From an uncultured Oscillospiraceae bacterium (lineage in GTDB: Bacteria > Bacillota > Clostridia > Oscillospirales > Ruminococcaceae): a stretch of 64,000 nucleotides of DNA. Within the stretch, counting starts at the first letter, position 1. Every line of letters starts with the position of its first letter. The notes below the pieces were generated by a model. That model was not told the origin of the DNA. It saw only the letters and a list, made by a program, of their open reading frames with translations, and searched no databases. The DNA lies in NCBI GenBank assembly GCA_964368625.1, contig CAYJBH010000013.1:5372-69371 (forward strand), given 5' to 3'. The translations under genes and the position numbers were made by a program. Of the stretch, positions 9,763-19,575 are shown in pieces.

Positions 9763-10967
9763 TCTGTTTGACCGAGTTGGTCGTTATCATCTGTGGCTTC
9801 AGGTTTGGATATTATTACGGGATATAAATCTGCATTAATTCCCTTGTTTTTAAGAGCTTTATTAACTGCAAGGCTGGTTATATGATATAACACTGCAAAA
9901 ACCGGAACGCCGATAACCATTCCAATAACGCCGAAAAGATCACCCCCAACGACTATTGCAACTAGTACATAAATTGCAGTAAGACCGGTAGAATCTCCAA
10001 GTATATATGGCCCTAGTATGTTGCCATCGAACTGTTGAAGAGCAAGCACAAAGATACCAAACCAAAGAGCATCCCATGGATTTACAATTAGAAGTATTAG
10101 TACGCTGGGAATTGCACCGATAAATGGTCCGAAAAAGGGAATGAAGTTAGTTATACCTATAACAACGCTAATAAGTGGGGTATAGGGTAGCCCGAGTATA
10201 GTCATCCCAATAAAACAGAGCATACCAATAATCAAGCTGTCGACAGCCTTTCCAATGATAAAACCAGAAAAAACCTTATTTGAATGGGTTAAAACAAACC
10301 TAATCTCTTCGGCTTTCTTAGGAGAAAATACTGCATACAATAATTTTCTTGCCTGTCTTAACAGTCTATCTTTGCCCTGGAGCATATAAATTGAGACAAT
10401 AAATGCCATTATAACGGTAACTAAACTGCTTCCAAAACGAACAGAGTAATCCAGAATTTCCGGAAGAAACCCTGCAACAAAATCTGTTATATAAGTTACC
10501 AACTGCGAATCTTCAGAAACCAGGGACGTTAGAGTTCCGGTAGGAAGAGTGAATTGCTTCTCAAGGCTTTCTAGCAAGACAACAAGGTTATCTATGTAGG
10601 TTGGTAATGAATTAAAGAGTGTAGTGATACTTAAAATTACCTGGGGGATTACCATTGCAACCACAAGTGATAGCATTGCAAGAGCAAAAACATAGCTGAG
10701 GAAAATTGATAGGTTGTTTCGAAGTTTATCTTTTTTAGGGATTATCTTTATTAATCTCTTATCTATCTTTTTTACAAGGGGGTTCAATAAATAGGCAAAT
10801 GCAAACGCAAAGATGAAGGGGGAAAGAATAGCTAATAAATCATTAAGCCAGTTTAAAACTGATTCAAGGTTTTGAAGAGCTGCATAAAAACCAACCCCCA
10901 TCAGTACAATTATGATGGATGCAAGAACTCTTGGACTAATTAATTTTTGCCAAATCTTGTTACGCAT
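9753..10967 (-). CDS. AI-2E family transporter (PerM/UPF0118)
   Basis: 404 aa, multi-TM, with a conserved C-terminal half (NFIPFFGPFIGAIP) typical of the AI-2E/PerM family. Confidence 0.8.
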   Translation of the reverse strand: MRNKIWQKLISPRVLASIIIVLMGVGFYAALQNLESVLNWLNDLLAILSPFIFAFAFAYLLNPLVKKIDKRLIKIIPKKDKLRNNLSIFLSYVFALAMLSLVVAMVIPQVILSITTLFNSLPTYIDNLVVLLESLEKQFTLPTGTLTSLVSEDSQLVTYITDFVAGFLPEILDYSVRFGSSLVTVIMAFIVSIYMLQGKDRLLRQARKLLYAVFSPKKAEEIRFVLTHSNKVFSGFIIGKAVDSLIIGMLCFIGMTILGLPYTPLISVVIGITNFIPFFGPFIGAIPSVLILLIVNPWDALWFGIFVLALQQFDGNILGPYILGDSTGLTAIYVLVAIVVGGDLFGVIGMVIGVPVFAVLYHITSLAVNKALKNKGINADLYPVIISKPEATDDNDQLGQTEWL

Positions 10968-10973
10968 ATTACC

Positions 10974-11798
10974 TCACTGTTTAATGCCAACAACTCCACG
11001 AATGGTATTGTTGTAATCATAGACCATATCGGTCAAAAAAAAGTTTTTATTTAATAGAGCAGTAATATCATCTTCTCTGAAGGTTGGTATTTCAAAAACT
11101 ATTGCTCCACCTCGTTTTAGTTTTTTTTCATATAATAATATTATTTCACGATAAAAGTATAGAAAAGAAGGCTCGAATAGAGCTGATTCAGGTTCGTAGC
11201 TGAGTTCTTTGTCTAATAAAGGCTTATCACTTGCTGGTATATAAGGCGGATTTGATACTATTAGAGAGATTGATTCATCCATTATATTCCTATGGAAAAA
11301 TAAAACATCATCTAATACCGGTTTTATACCGCTGCCACTAAGATTTACCTCTAAATATTTAAAAGCCTCTGGGTATTTCTCAACTGCTAATATTTGTGCA
11401 TCACTAATAAATTTCTTTATAGCTAATGCAAGAGCACCACTGCCGGCACATAGATCTAAAACAGAGGGGGAAGGCTGTTTTTTCAATAACGATATAGCCT
11501 TCTCAGCAATACACTCACTATCTGGACGAGGACAAAGCACCCCTTTTCCTACCTTTAAAGGTAGGCCCATAAATTCCCACTCTTCTAAAATATACTGTAA
11601 TGGTTCCCCATTTAATCGCCTTTTGACCATGTTGGTTAGTTCAATTTGTTGAATATTGGTTAACCCGTTAAAACTAGGCAGCCTTGGGTCCTGTTTACAT
11701 AATTTGTGCAACAAAAGCCTAGCCTCCTTGCCCGGGTTTTCTACCCCGCTTACAAGCTGCTCTGTTAGCCTTGCAAGTGCTTTGTTACCATTGGTCAT
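10974..11798 (-). CDS. prmC: peptide chain release factor N5-glutamine methyltransferase
   Basis: 274 aa with SAM-binding LDLCAGSGALA and catalytic NPPY (IVSNPPYIP). Confidence 0.85.
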   Translation of the reverse strand: MTNGNKALARLTEQLVSGVENPGKEARLLLHKLCKQDPRLPSFNGLTNIQQIELTNMVKRRLNGEPLQYILEEWEFMGLPLKVGKGVLCPRPDSECIAEKAISLLKKQPSPSVLDLCAGSGALALAIKKFISDAQILAVEKYPEAFKYLEVNLSGSGIKPVLDDVLFFHRNIMDESISLIVSNPPYIPASDKPLLDKELSYEPESALFEPSFLYFYREIILLYEKKLKRGGAIVFEIPTFREDDITALLNKNFFLTDMVYDYNNTIRGVVGIKQ

Positions 11799-12729
11799 CG
11801 ATCTTATTTTCCGGCAAAACAGGTTTAACTGCTGCTATTGCAATCTCAATCATGGAATCGTCCGGTTCATAGGTAGTAAGATTTTGTAATGCTAAACCTG
11901 GGGCAGAAATAAGCCTGGTGATTGGATTATCGTATCTGCCGGCTAGTTTAATAATTTCATATGATATACCTATTATTATGGGGAGAAGTAGTATTTTATA
12001 TATTACTCGTATTATTGGGCTTCCCCAACTTAACATTGAATTAATCAATATGCTAATAATTATAACGATAAGCAAAAAGCTTGTTCCGCATCGAGGATGA
12101 AAGCGAGAATACTTGCGAATATTTTCAATACTTAGCTCCTCTCCTGCTTCATAACAAAATATGGTTTTATGTTCAGCACCGTGGTAACCGAACGTTCTTT
12201 TTATATCGGGTAGCCGTGAAACAAGCGCAAGATAGGATACAAAGATAATTAGCTTAAATAAGCCTTCTACAACAGCCCTCAAATCGCCAAGCGAGATAAA
12301 ATGATTAACCCCAACTGTTAAATAAGTGGGGAGTAACATGAATAAGAATATTGCTAGCCCTACCCCTAGAACAGTAGATATTACACCAATAAACTGTTCT
12401 GCCTTCGCTCCGAATTTTTCATTTATAAATTTCTCAAATTTACCTTTTTCCTCTTCAAGTTCATCACTGCTCATAGATACCTCTGCGCTTTTCATAAGGC
12501 AGGAATAACCTGATTTTAAGGTAGAAATCATAATAAATATGCCTCTTATAAATGGGTATTTAGAGATTTTACTTGACTTTATATCCCATTGCTCGGTGTA
12601 TATCTCTCCGTTTGGCTTTCTTACAGCCATGCTCCCCAGAATGGAGCTCTTCATCATTATACCCTCTAGCAGTGCCTGACCGCCTATTGATGTTTTAAAA
12701 CTTCGTTTAGCCATTAAATAAATTTCCAT
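11785..12729 (-). CDS. DUF1385 domain-containing membrane protein
   Basis: 314 aa with IGGQALLEGIMM, GYHGAEHKTI and HPRCGTSFL motifs. Its position immediately upstream of prmC is typical. Confidence 0.75.
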   Translation of the reverse strand: MEIYLMAKRSFKTSIGGQALLEGIMMKSSILGSMAVRKPNGEIYTEQWDIKSSKISKYPFIRGIFIMISTLKSGYSCLMKSAEVSMSSDELEEEKGKFEKFINEKFGAKAEQFIGVISTVLGVGLAIFLFMLLPTYLTVGVNHFISLGDLRAVVEGLFKLIIFVSYLALVSRLPDIKRTFGYHGAEHKTIFCYEAGEELSIENIRKYSRFHPRCGTSFLLIVIIISILINSMLSWGSPIIRVIYKILLLPIIIGISYEIIKLAGRYDNPITRLISAPGLALQNLTTYEPDDSMIEIAIAAVKPVLPENKIDDQW

Positions 12730-12873
12730 TAATTCTATTCTTCCATGATATATATTAAAATTAACTAATTATATCGATTTAAGTATATCATATCAATATA
12801 TGGAATACAACCTTTTTAAGAAAACTGAAAGGTAATACTATGTATACCCAAAATAAGCTTAAATAAAGGTTAT

Positions 12874-13734
12874 TTAGGTATCTTCATGTAAAAAATGACT
12901 TAAAAATTCTGAAGTCTTAACATTTTTTAGATGCACACAGGAGAATTTATGATTTACACTAACATTTTTTAACCTAAAGCTGGATATGCTACTACTCGTA
13001 ACATCAGCAATTGATTTATACACAAAGGATATCCCTACATCCTTTGCAACAAGATCTATGATTGAGTTAAATGAATTTGTTTGTATTTTGTTATTAAAAC
13101 TGTTTATAGTTAAATTGTTTTCGGTTAAAATTAACTCGAAAGCCTGTCTCGTTCCTGATCCTTCTTCTCGCAATATTAATCGGTTAGTAACAATGTCTTC
13201 CAGATTAACATACTTTCCCGAAAAATGATGCTCCTTTGAACAAATGCCAACCAACTCGTCGGTTTTATAATTAAAGAAAGCAAATTCATCCTTGTTTAGG
13301 TAACCTTCTATAAATACGAAATCAAGAAATCCGTTTCTAAGTTTGTTAAGTAAAACTTCGGTGTTATCGATTATATATGTTAGCTCTATATCGCCTAAAG
13401 AAAAAAGTGAGGATACTTTATCATTTAACAAAAATTGTCCAATAGTCTTTGTAGCGCCTATTTTAAGTGTGGGTATTTCGTTGAGAGAAAGATCATTTTT
13501 TATACAGTTAGCATTATAGTTTGCAGAAAGCGCATAACTTTCCAATTTTTCGGCCTGCAAAGTTTTATTTAACACTCGGTTTTTGTACTCAAAAAGTTTA
13601 CAGCAATATTCTCTTTCCAGCTGTTTTATATGGTTTGTAACGGCCGGTTGAGTCATATTTAACTGTTCTGCGGTAACACGGTAATTCATGTTTTTGCATA
13701 GCGCTAAAAATGTATAAATCTTGTAGTCTAACAT
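12874..13734 (-). CDS. LysR family transcriptional regulator
   Basis: 286 aa. N-terminal wHTH (NYRVTAEQLNMTQPAVTNHIKQLE) plus a substrate-binding domain. Divergent from the yeiH-like gene. Confidence 0.85.
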   Translation of the reverse strand: MLDYKIYTFLALCKNMNYRVTAEQLNMTQPAVTNHIKQLEREYCCKLFEYKNRVLNKTLQAEKLESYALSANYNANCIKNDLSLNEIPTLKIGATKTIGQFLLNDKVSSLFSLGDIELTYIIDNTEVLLNKLRNGFLDFVFIEGYLNKDEFAFFNYKTDELVGICSKEHHFSGKYVNLEDIVTNRLILREEGSGTRQAFELILTENNLTINSFNNKIQTNSFNSIIDLVAKDVGISFVYKSIADVTSSSISSFRLKNVSVNHKFSCVHLKNVKTSEFLSHFLHEDT

Positions 13735-13744
13735 ATTTCCTCCG

Positions 13745-13765
13745 TTGATAAATAATTTTTATCAA
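13745..13765. promoter_or_regulatory. candidate LysR-type operator (perfect 8-5-8 palindrome)
   Basis: TTGATAAA-TAATT-TTTATCAA lies in the divergent LysR/yeiH intergenic region with T-N11-A-like architecture. Confidence 0.5.
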
Positions 13766-13838
13766 TCAATTAATAATGATTATTTTATTTTATCATACTG
13801 CTGTGGTAAAATCAATATTGTTATGAAGAGGAGATAAA

Positions 13839-14864
13839 ATGAATAAAGTTGTTAAAATTATCCCGGGGGTTGGGCTTGCGTTAATGGTTGCAATAATTTC
13901 AAGATTTATTGAAGGGTTGCTTCCTATCCATCTAATTGGAGCTTCGGTTATTGCGCTGTTTCTTGGAATTACTATTAACTATTTTAGGAAACCTGCAAAA
14001 ACAGTGGTTGGATTAAACTTTACCTCAAAGAAAATTCTTAAGTTGGCAATAATTTTGCTTGGTGCATCTCTCAATATACAAACGATTTTAACGGTAGGAC
14101 GAAGTTCGCTTATAGTAATGGTATTTACGCTGGCAACATGTTTTGGCGTTGGTTTTTTTACCGGTCGAGCGCTTGGACTTAACTGGAAGATGTCTAACCT
14201 TATTTCGGCCGGTACCGGAATTTGTGGAGGTTCGGCAATTGCAGCTATAGCACCGGTTATTGATGCCGACGATACAGATATTGCTTTTGGTATGTCTGCA
14301 ACCTTTGTTTTTGATATGATTATGATTTTGTTATTTCCGTTTATGGGGCAGTTGTTAGGTCTTTCGGATATGGCGTACGGTTTGTGGGCAGGAACCGCAG
14401 TTAACGATACCTCAAGTGTGGTTGCAGCCGGTTATGCCTTTAGTGAGAATGCTGGCGCCTATGCAACAATGGTTAAGCTAACCAGAACACTAACCATTAT
14501 ACCAACCGTTCTTGTTTTTGCCGCCATTGGAGTTCATGTTAAGAAAAAAGAACTCGCTAAAAGTGAAGGAACTAAAGAAACTCATAATAATTTAAACATG
14601 ATGAGCGTTATTCCCTGGTTTATCTTAGGTTTTTTGGCCCTTGCAGGAATTAACAGTTATGGCATTATTCCTGTTGAAGTTTCAGATATGCTCAAAGAGA
14701 TAAGTAAATTTTTGATGGTAATGTCGCTGGCGGCAATTGGATTAAAAACCGATATTAAACACATGAGAACAGCCGGAATTAAGCCAATGCTCCACGGCTT
14801 TATCATTTCGGCACTTGTTGTAATTGTTGCCATTTCTGTTCAGTATATGATTGGTATAGTTTAG
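13839..14864 (+). CDS. YeiH/UPF0324 family putative sulfate exporter
   Basis: 341 aa, about 10 TM segments, with GTGICGGSAIAA and WAGTAVNDTSSVVAA motifs. Classical divergent pairing with a LysR regulator. Confidence 0.75.
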   Translation: MNKVVKIIPGVGLALMVAIISRFIEGLLPIHLIGASVIALFLGITINYFRKPAKTVVGLNFTSKKILKLAIILLGASLNIQTILTVGRSSLIVMVFTLATCFGVGFFTGRALGLNWKMSNLISAGTGICGGSAIAAIAPVIDADDTDIAFGMSATFVFDMIMILLFPFMGQLLGLSDMAYGLWAGTAVNDTSSVVAAGYAFSENAGAYATMVKLTRTLTIIPTVLVFAAIGVHVKKKELAKSEGTKETHNNLNMMSVIPWFILGFLALAGINSYGIIPVEVSDMLKEISKFLMVMSLAAIGLKTDIKHMRTAGIKPMLHGFIISALVVIVAISVQYMIGIV

Positions 14865-14879
14865 GTTTTTAAAAGTTAA

Positions 14880-14918
14880 AAACAACAGGTTGCCGGATAA
14901 TTCGGCAGCCTGTTGTTT
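14880..14918. terminator. bidirectional rho-independent terminator between convergent genes
   Basis: 16-bp stem AAACAACAGGTTGCCG / CGGCAGCCTGTTGTTT (one G-U pair), 7-nt loop, flanked by A-run and T-run. Confidence 0.7.
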
Positions 14919-14940
14919 TAACAAACTAAGAAAAAAGTGT

Positions 14941-15522
14941 TTATCTATAAGATAAAATTTCTCGAATCTCTTTCCTTTTGGGAGTGTCAGGAGTCATAGC
15001 CGGATAGCCCATGCAAATAAGAGCTGCAATTTTTTGATTTTGCGGGATATTTAATAAATCAATAATCATTTCTTCATTAAAATAGCCGGTGATTACCGTT
15101 CCTATACCTTTATCATAAGCTGAGAGGCAAAATGTTTGGGAAGCAACTCCTGCATCAAACATCTCAAAACCATCACGCTTTGGCGTTGAGAAGGTACCAT
15201 CTCGCTCATATCCGGAGCGCTTAGTAACATAAGAGATAACCATAACGGCAGAACAACCTTTAAGAGTTGATTCGTTCATCTTAAAGTCTAAAATCATTTC
15301 TTGAGATATTTTGTTTATGATATCCTTGTCTTCAACTAGGATATATCGAGGTGTTTGAGTATGCTTCCAGGAAGGTGAATAAGACGCATCTTCAACTATT
15401 TGCTCAATTATATCATGTGGGATTTGAGAGTCCTTAAACGCTCGTATACTTCTTCTGTTTTTAATAATTTCTGATAAATTCAAAATGCATTCTCCTTTTA
15501 TTAGCTTGGTGTAATATTTCAT
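14941..15522 (-). CDS. nitroreductase family protein
   Basis: 193 aa with the RRSIRAF motif near the N-terminus and a typical NADH/FMN nitroreductase fold length. Confidence 0.75.
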   Translation of the reverse strand: MKYYTKLIKGECILNLSEIIKNRRSIRAFKDSQIPHDIIEQIVEDASYSPSWKHTQTPRYILVEDKDIINKISQEMILDFKMNESTLKGCSAVMVISYVTKRSGYERDGTFSTPKRDGFEMFDAGVASQTFCLSAYDKGIGTVITGYFNEEMIIDLLNIPQNQKIAALICMGYPAMTPDTPKRKEIREILSYR

Positions 15523-15678
15523 TTTATAAAAATATTATATCGTATTTTGCATGTATTTTCAACGAAGACAAAGTAAGTTTTGTAATCAAGATATATCTGC
15601 ATTGCAGCAGCAACTATTAGCCCGGTAACTAATATTTCTAATTTAGGAAAAAAATGTTAAAAAAATAATAAATAACAC

Positions 15679-15705
15679 TAAAGTTTTAAAAAGTTGTGAC
15701 GATAT
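15679..15705 (+). promoter_or_regulatory. SigD/FliA (sigma-28)-type promoter upstream of fliD
   Basis: TAAA (15679-15682), 15-nt spacer, GACGATAT (15698-15705). Consensus is TAAA-N15-GCCGATAT. Sits about 65 nt upstream of the fliD ATG. Confidence 0.6.
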
Positions 15706-15769
15706 AATAATTAAGAGATAATAAACTCTGTTTTTTATATATTAACTTCACATGTTTTAGGAGGATAAA

Positions 15770-18262
15770 ATGTCTGGTATATCATCACTTAGCTCCCAAC
15801 TTACCTATTCCAGCAACGGCATGGCAGGTCTTGCATCAGGAATGGACACCACTTCATTAGTGGAGGAAATGCTTGCGGGTGCGCAGGCAAAGATAGATGC
15901 ACAATATGAAGACAAGGCGGTTCTTGAATATCAGCAGGAGATGTATCGTGATGTGGCTACCATGTTACGTAACCTTCAAAGCAGTTATTTTGACTTTGTT
16001 AACCCCACAACTAATCTTTTATCTACAACATTCTTTAATCAATACGAGCCTGAACTCGACAGCATTATGTCGAATTATCTGTCGGTTGAAGCAGGAAGTA
16101 ATTATAATGGCGACGAACTGACGGTAGATTATATTCGTCAACTTGCCTCTAATACCGTGGTAACCAGTGCCACCGAGCTTACCGATGCAACAATGTCGGG
16201 AACGGTTGATTTAAGCAAGCTTACCGATAGCAGAATCACTATAGGCGTAGAAGGCGGGGCAAACACCGAAATTACGCTACGCGGAGACACTGCAGACGAA
16301 GTTCGTACAAACTTAGCATCTGATCTAGCGTCAATCGGTGTAACCGTTGAGGAAACTGAAGATGGGACGTTAACACTTAGTGCCAGCTCGGGTGCTACCG
16401 TAAATGTTGTAAGCGCTACCAGTATTGCTACATCAATGACAGGGCTTAGAGCAGGGGATTCAGGCGATGATATCGAGCTTGAATTTGCAAAGGCACCTTC
16501 AAGCTTTGAGCTATCCATGAATCTCGACGGAATAACCAAAACTCTCACCATTGATGCTTCAACATCCAGTGTTAATGAACTTGTTGATAGTCTTAACGAG
16601 CAGATAAAATCTGCATTTGGTAATGGCATCAGTGTAACTACAGATGGCTCGGAAATTGTTTTTGAAACTATCCAGGCTAACGGTGATCCGGACAAGAGTC
16701 GTCAGCTAACTATATCGTCAAGCGGTGTTGCAACCAGTGCTCTTGGTGTGAGAAACGGAGGCAGTACTAAGGTTTCAACATCCACTAAGCTTTCGGATAT
16801 TAACTTTGCCCAAGGCTTAACTCCGGGCGCAGATGGAAACTACAATTTCTCGATAAATGGAGTGGATTTCTCCTTTACAAACGATAGTACTTTAAGTGAA
16901 GTTATTAATGAAGTTAACAATAGTGATGCCGGCGTAAAGATGTCGTACTCTTCTCTTTCAGATCGAATTACAATTGAGCGCACGGATAGCGGTGCAGGAC
17001 TCGATATCGAAATGAGCGACACCGAGGGTAATTTACTTTCCAACCTTTTCGGCACAGGTAACGGTGCTGCAGCAACAATGACAGCCCCTCTTGATGCGAA
17101 TGAACTTATTGCACCGGAAGGATCAGACCTAACTGTTAACTTCGACCTAGGTTCTGACTTTCCGCCAATAGCAATTAATCTTGCAGGAAAATCAATTTCG
17201 CAGGTAGTAGAGGAACTTGAAGCGCAGATTCAGGAGTATCAAGCTCCGCCTGAAGCTAATGTAAGTTATGATCCCGAAACCGGCCGTCTTGCAATAACAG
17301 GAATTACCAACTATCCGGTAATAATAACCGGAAGCAATGAGCAGGCATCAGAAAAGCTTGCCGAATTGTTTGGAAGTAGCACTGTTAGCATGGCCGGAAC
17401 AGGTGAAACCCTTGGAAACAAGGTTGATGGACAAAATGCAATTCTTTCTATAAACGGAGTGGAAACCGAGAGAAGCTCTAATGATTTTACGGTTTCCGGT
17501 CTACAGGTAGAGCTAAAAGAGGTTAACTGGGATGGCGTTTCCGAAAAACCTGCCGCAGCCGAGATACAGGTTAACCATGATACAGACTCCATCGTAGATG
17601 GTATTTTAAGCTTTGTTGATGAATATAACAAGATTGTTGAGGAGATTAATAGCTTAATAACCGCTGAAACTACCTATAAAGATTATCCGCCACTTACTGA
17701 TGAGCAAAAAGCTGAACTAACCGATAGCGAAATTGCCGCATGGGAGGAGAAGGCGCAAGAAGGTCTGCTTCGTAACGATGATATACTATCAGAAGTTTTG
17801 TCGAGCATGAGGAGTGCACTATACCAAAAACCTGAAGGAGCTGAGTTTGCTCTTTATGACTTTGGAATTGAGACAACCTCCGACTGGAAAGATGGTGGGA
17901 AACTTACGGTAGATGAAACGCTTCTTCGTGAGATGGTTGGCAAACATTCCGACGAGTTGAGCGAGTTATTCACCACAGAAGAAACAGGTCTTGCAAATGT
18001 TTTAGAAGGTATTATTGACCGAGCTGTTAACACCAGCACCGCAAGTCCCGGCTCTATAGTAAACGTTGCAGGCTACACCGGCATGGTTGAAGACAGCTAT
18101 ACAATAGGACGTGAACAAAACAGTATTGATGATTATATAGAGCGACTTGAACTTAGCTATCAGATGGAATACGATCGTTATTGGAGCGATTTTAACGCAA
18201 TGGAAATGGCGATAGCGAGTCTTAACCAGCAGAGTTCCTGGCTTGCAAGCCAGTTTGCTTAA
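15770..18262 (+). CDS. fliD: flagellar filament capping protein FliD (hook-associated protein 2), enlarged
   Basis: 830 aa. N-terminal GLASGMDTTSLVEEML...YQQEMYRDV and C-terminal YDRYWSDFNAMEMAIASLNQQSSWL heptad regions are typical of FliD, with a large Thr/Ser/Asp-rich central insert. Confidence 0.85.
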   Translation: MSGISSLSSQLTYSSNGMAGLASGMDTTSLVEEMLAGAQAKIDAQYEDKAVLEYQQEMYRDVATMLRNLQSSYFDFVNPTTNLLSTTFFNQYEPELDSIMSNYLSVEAGSNYNGDELTVDYIRQLASNTVVTSATELTDATMSGTVDLSKLTDSRITIGVEGGANTEITLRGDTADEVRTNLASDLASIGVTVEETEDGTLTLSASSGATVNVVSATSIATSMTGLRAGDSGDDIELEFAKAPSSFELSMNLDGITKTLTIDASTSSVNELVDSLNEQIKSAFGNGISVTTDGSEIVFETIQANGDPDKSRQLTISSSGVATSALGVRNGGSTKVSTSTKLSDINFAQGLTPGADGNYNFSINGVDFSFTNDSTLSEVINEVNNSDAGVKMSYSSLSDRITIERTDSGAGLDIEMSDTEGNLLSNLFGTGNGAAATMTAPLDANELIAPEGSDLTVNFDLGSDFPPIAINLAGKSISQVVEELEAQIQEYQAPPEANVSYDPETGRLAITGITNYPVIITGSNEQASEKLAELFGSSTVSMAGTGETLGNKVDGQNAILSINGVETERSSNDFTVSGLQVELKEVNWDGVSEKPAAAEIQVNHDTDSIVDGILSFVDEYNKIVEEINSLITAETTYKDYPPLTDEQKAELTDSEIAAWEEKAQEGLLRNDDILSEVLSSMRSALYQKPEGAEFALYDFGIETTSDWKDGGKLTVDETLLREMVGKHSDELSELFTTEETGLANVLEGIIDRAVNTSTASPGSIVNVAGYTGMVEDSYTIGREQNSIDDYIERLELSYQMEYDRYWSDFNAMEMAIASLNQQSSWLASQFA

Positions 18263-18286
18263 ATACTACTTAACGGAGGTATAGAA

Positions 18287-18676
18287 ATGCCGGTAAATCC
18301 CTATAACAGCTACAGTGAGCAGGCAATATTAACAATGACTCCAGGTGAACTATTGGTAAAGCTTTTCGATGAGACTGAAAAGTGTTTAAACTTAGCTATC
18401 ATGTATATAGAAGAACGTGATTATGTTAATTCACACAACAATCTCATGAAGGCACAGCGTATCGTTAAACACCTAGAAGAAACCTTGGTAAAGGATTACA
18501 GTTTTTCAAAAGATTTAATTAAGCTCTATGACTTTATTCTTGAAAGATTGCAACAAGCAAATATTAAGAAGGATATCGGACTAATAAACGAGGCACTTCC
18601 AATAATTACCGAACTCCGACAGACTTTTGCTGAATGCGATAGAATAAGTCGAAGCAAAAGTGGAAATATAGCTTAA
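18287..18676 (+). CDS. fliS: flagellar export chaperone FliS
   Basis: 129 aa with LTMTPGELLVKLFD and AQRIVKHLEETL four-helix-bundle motifs. Directly follows fliD. Confidence 0.85.
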   Translation: MPVNPYNSYSEQAILTMTPGELLVKLFDETEKCLNLAIMYIEERDYVNSHNNLMKAQRIVKHLEETLVKDYSFSKDLIKLYDFILERLQQANIKKDIGLINEALPIITELRQTFAECDRISRSKSGNIA

Positions 18677-18794
18677 TATTTATTCCTGATGAAGCTTTAG
18701 TAAAAGCTCAGTGAATAGCATTTGCCAATTAACACTGAGATAAAAAGCCCTTGAACATTATATTCGCTATTTGGCTTTTGTATTGCTTATGTCA

Positions 18795-18839
18795 CCCCCC
18801 ATATCAACAACTACCATTCTCTGTTGTTGATATGGGGGG
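18795..18839 (+). terminator. rho-independent terminator after fliS
   Basis: Perfect 17-bp stem CCCCCCATATCAACAAC / GTTGTTGATATGGGGGG, 11-nt loop, followed by a T-rich tract. Confidence 0.6.
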
Positions 18840-19269
18840 ATTATACTTTTGTGAAACTTGTCTTCAAATTATCACAAAACAAGTGAGAAAAGATGCCATA
18901 AAAGCTATAAAAAAACACAGCAGAACTAAACTAATGATATTTGGTTTTTAGTATAAAATTAACAAAATGTATTTTTTGTAGAATTTAACAACTTCACAAA
19001 AATAACATATAGTTATGTGGAAAACTATTAACAATCAGTTGAAAACACCATGTTAAGGGTCTTAAAATCGTTATAACAAGTGGGTTTATTAACACTTTCA
19101 ACAGCTCTTTCAACAATGACATTGACCTGATTGGATAATACAATTTGTATATTTATTGATATTTGACCATATATCTCAAACAATAAAAGGAAATATATGG
19201 AATAAAAAAATTACTATCTACCATACTTTATTTGTGTAAATTTAAATATCAAAAAGAGGGAGGCACTAA

Positions 19270-19404
19270 ATGAATAATAAAAATAAAGAAAAGACAGCTC
19301 ATGAAAAATTGCAGCTTAGCTGGAAGAGAAGTTTTGGAATACGAGAGGTTGTTGTATTCTTTGTAGGTTTAGCAGTGGGTTTTTCTGCCATCCTTTTTGC
19401 TTAG
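19270..19404 (+). CDS. small membrane peptide (44 aa), unannotated in the ORF track
   Basis: ATG preceded by GAGGGAGG (19256-19263) with 6-nt spacing. Translation MNNKNKEKTAHEKLQLSWKRSFGIREVVVFFVGLAVGFSAILFA has a basic N-terminus and one C-terminal TM helix. Confidence 0.4.
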   Translation: MNNKNKEKTAHEKLQLSWKRSFGIREVVVFFVGLAVGFSAILFA

Positions 19405-19427
19405 CTAAAATAAATGGTTATGGCTAC

Positions 19428-19456
19428 TTGTAAATTCTTGATAACTGTGTTATATT
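19428..19456 (+). promoter_or_regulatory. candidate sigmaA promoter for the MFS/ligase pair
   Basis: TTGTAA, 17-nt spacer, TATATT. This would give a leader of about 115 nt. Confidence 0.3.
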
Positions 19457-19575
19457 AATAGGTGAAAGTTTTAGCGTGTTGATGCTAACATAATTTATAT
19501 TTATTAAGAAAGGGTAACGCCTGTCAAGCTATAAATCAAACTTGGTTTTATTTAGACAGTGCGTTTGGTTTGGTG

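Noticed and set aside
16138-16695. 185-aa antisense ORF inside fliD, plus similar antisense ORFs at 16840-17055, 17311-17631 and 17854-18039.
   Set aside because: Low-complexity Ser/Val/Leu-rich translation is typical of the reverse strand of an Asp/Thr/Ser-rich gene. These ORFs have no RBS and are fully nested in a confidently identified gene.
18751-18951. 66-aa ORF downstream of fliS.
   Set aside because: It reads straight through the 17-bp terminator hairpin (PPYQQLPFSVVDMGG is the hairpin translated). It has no RBS.
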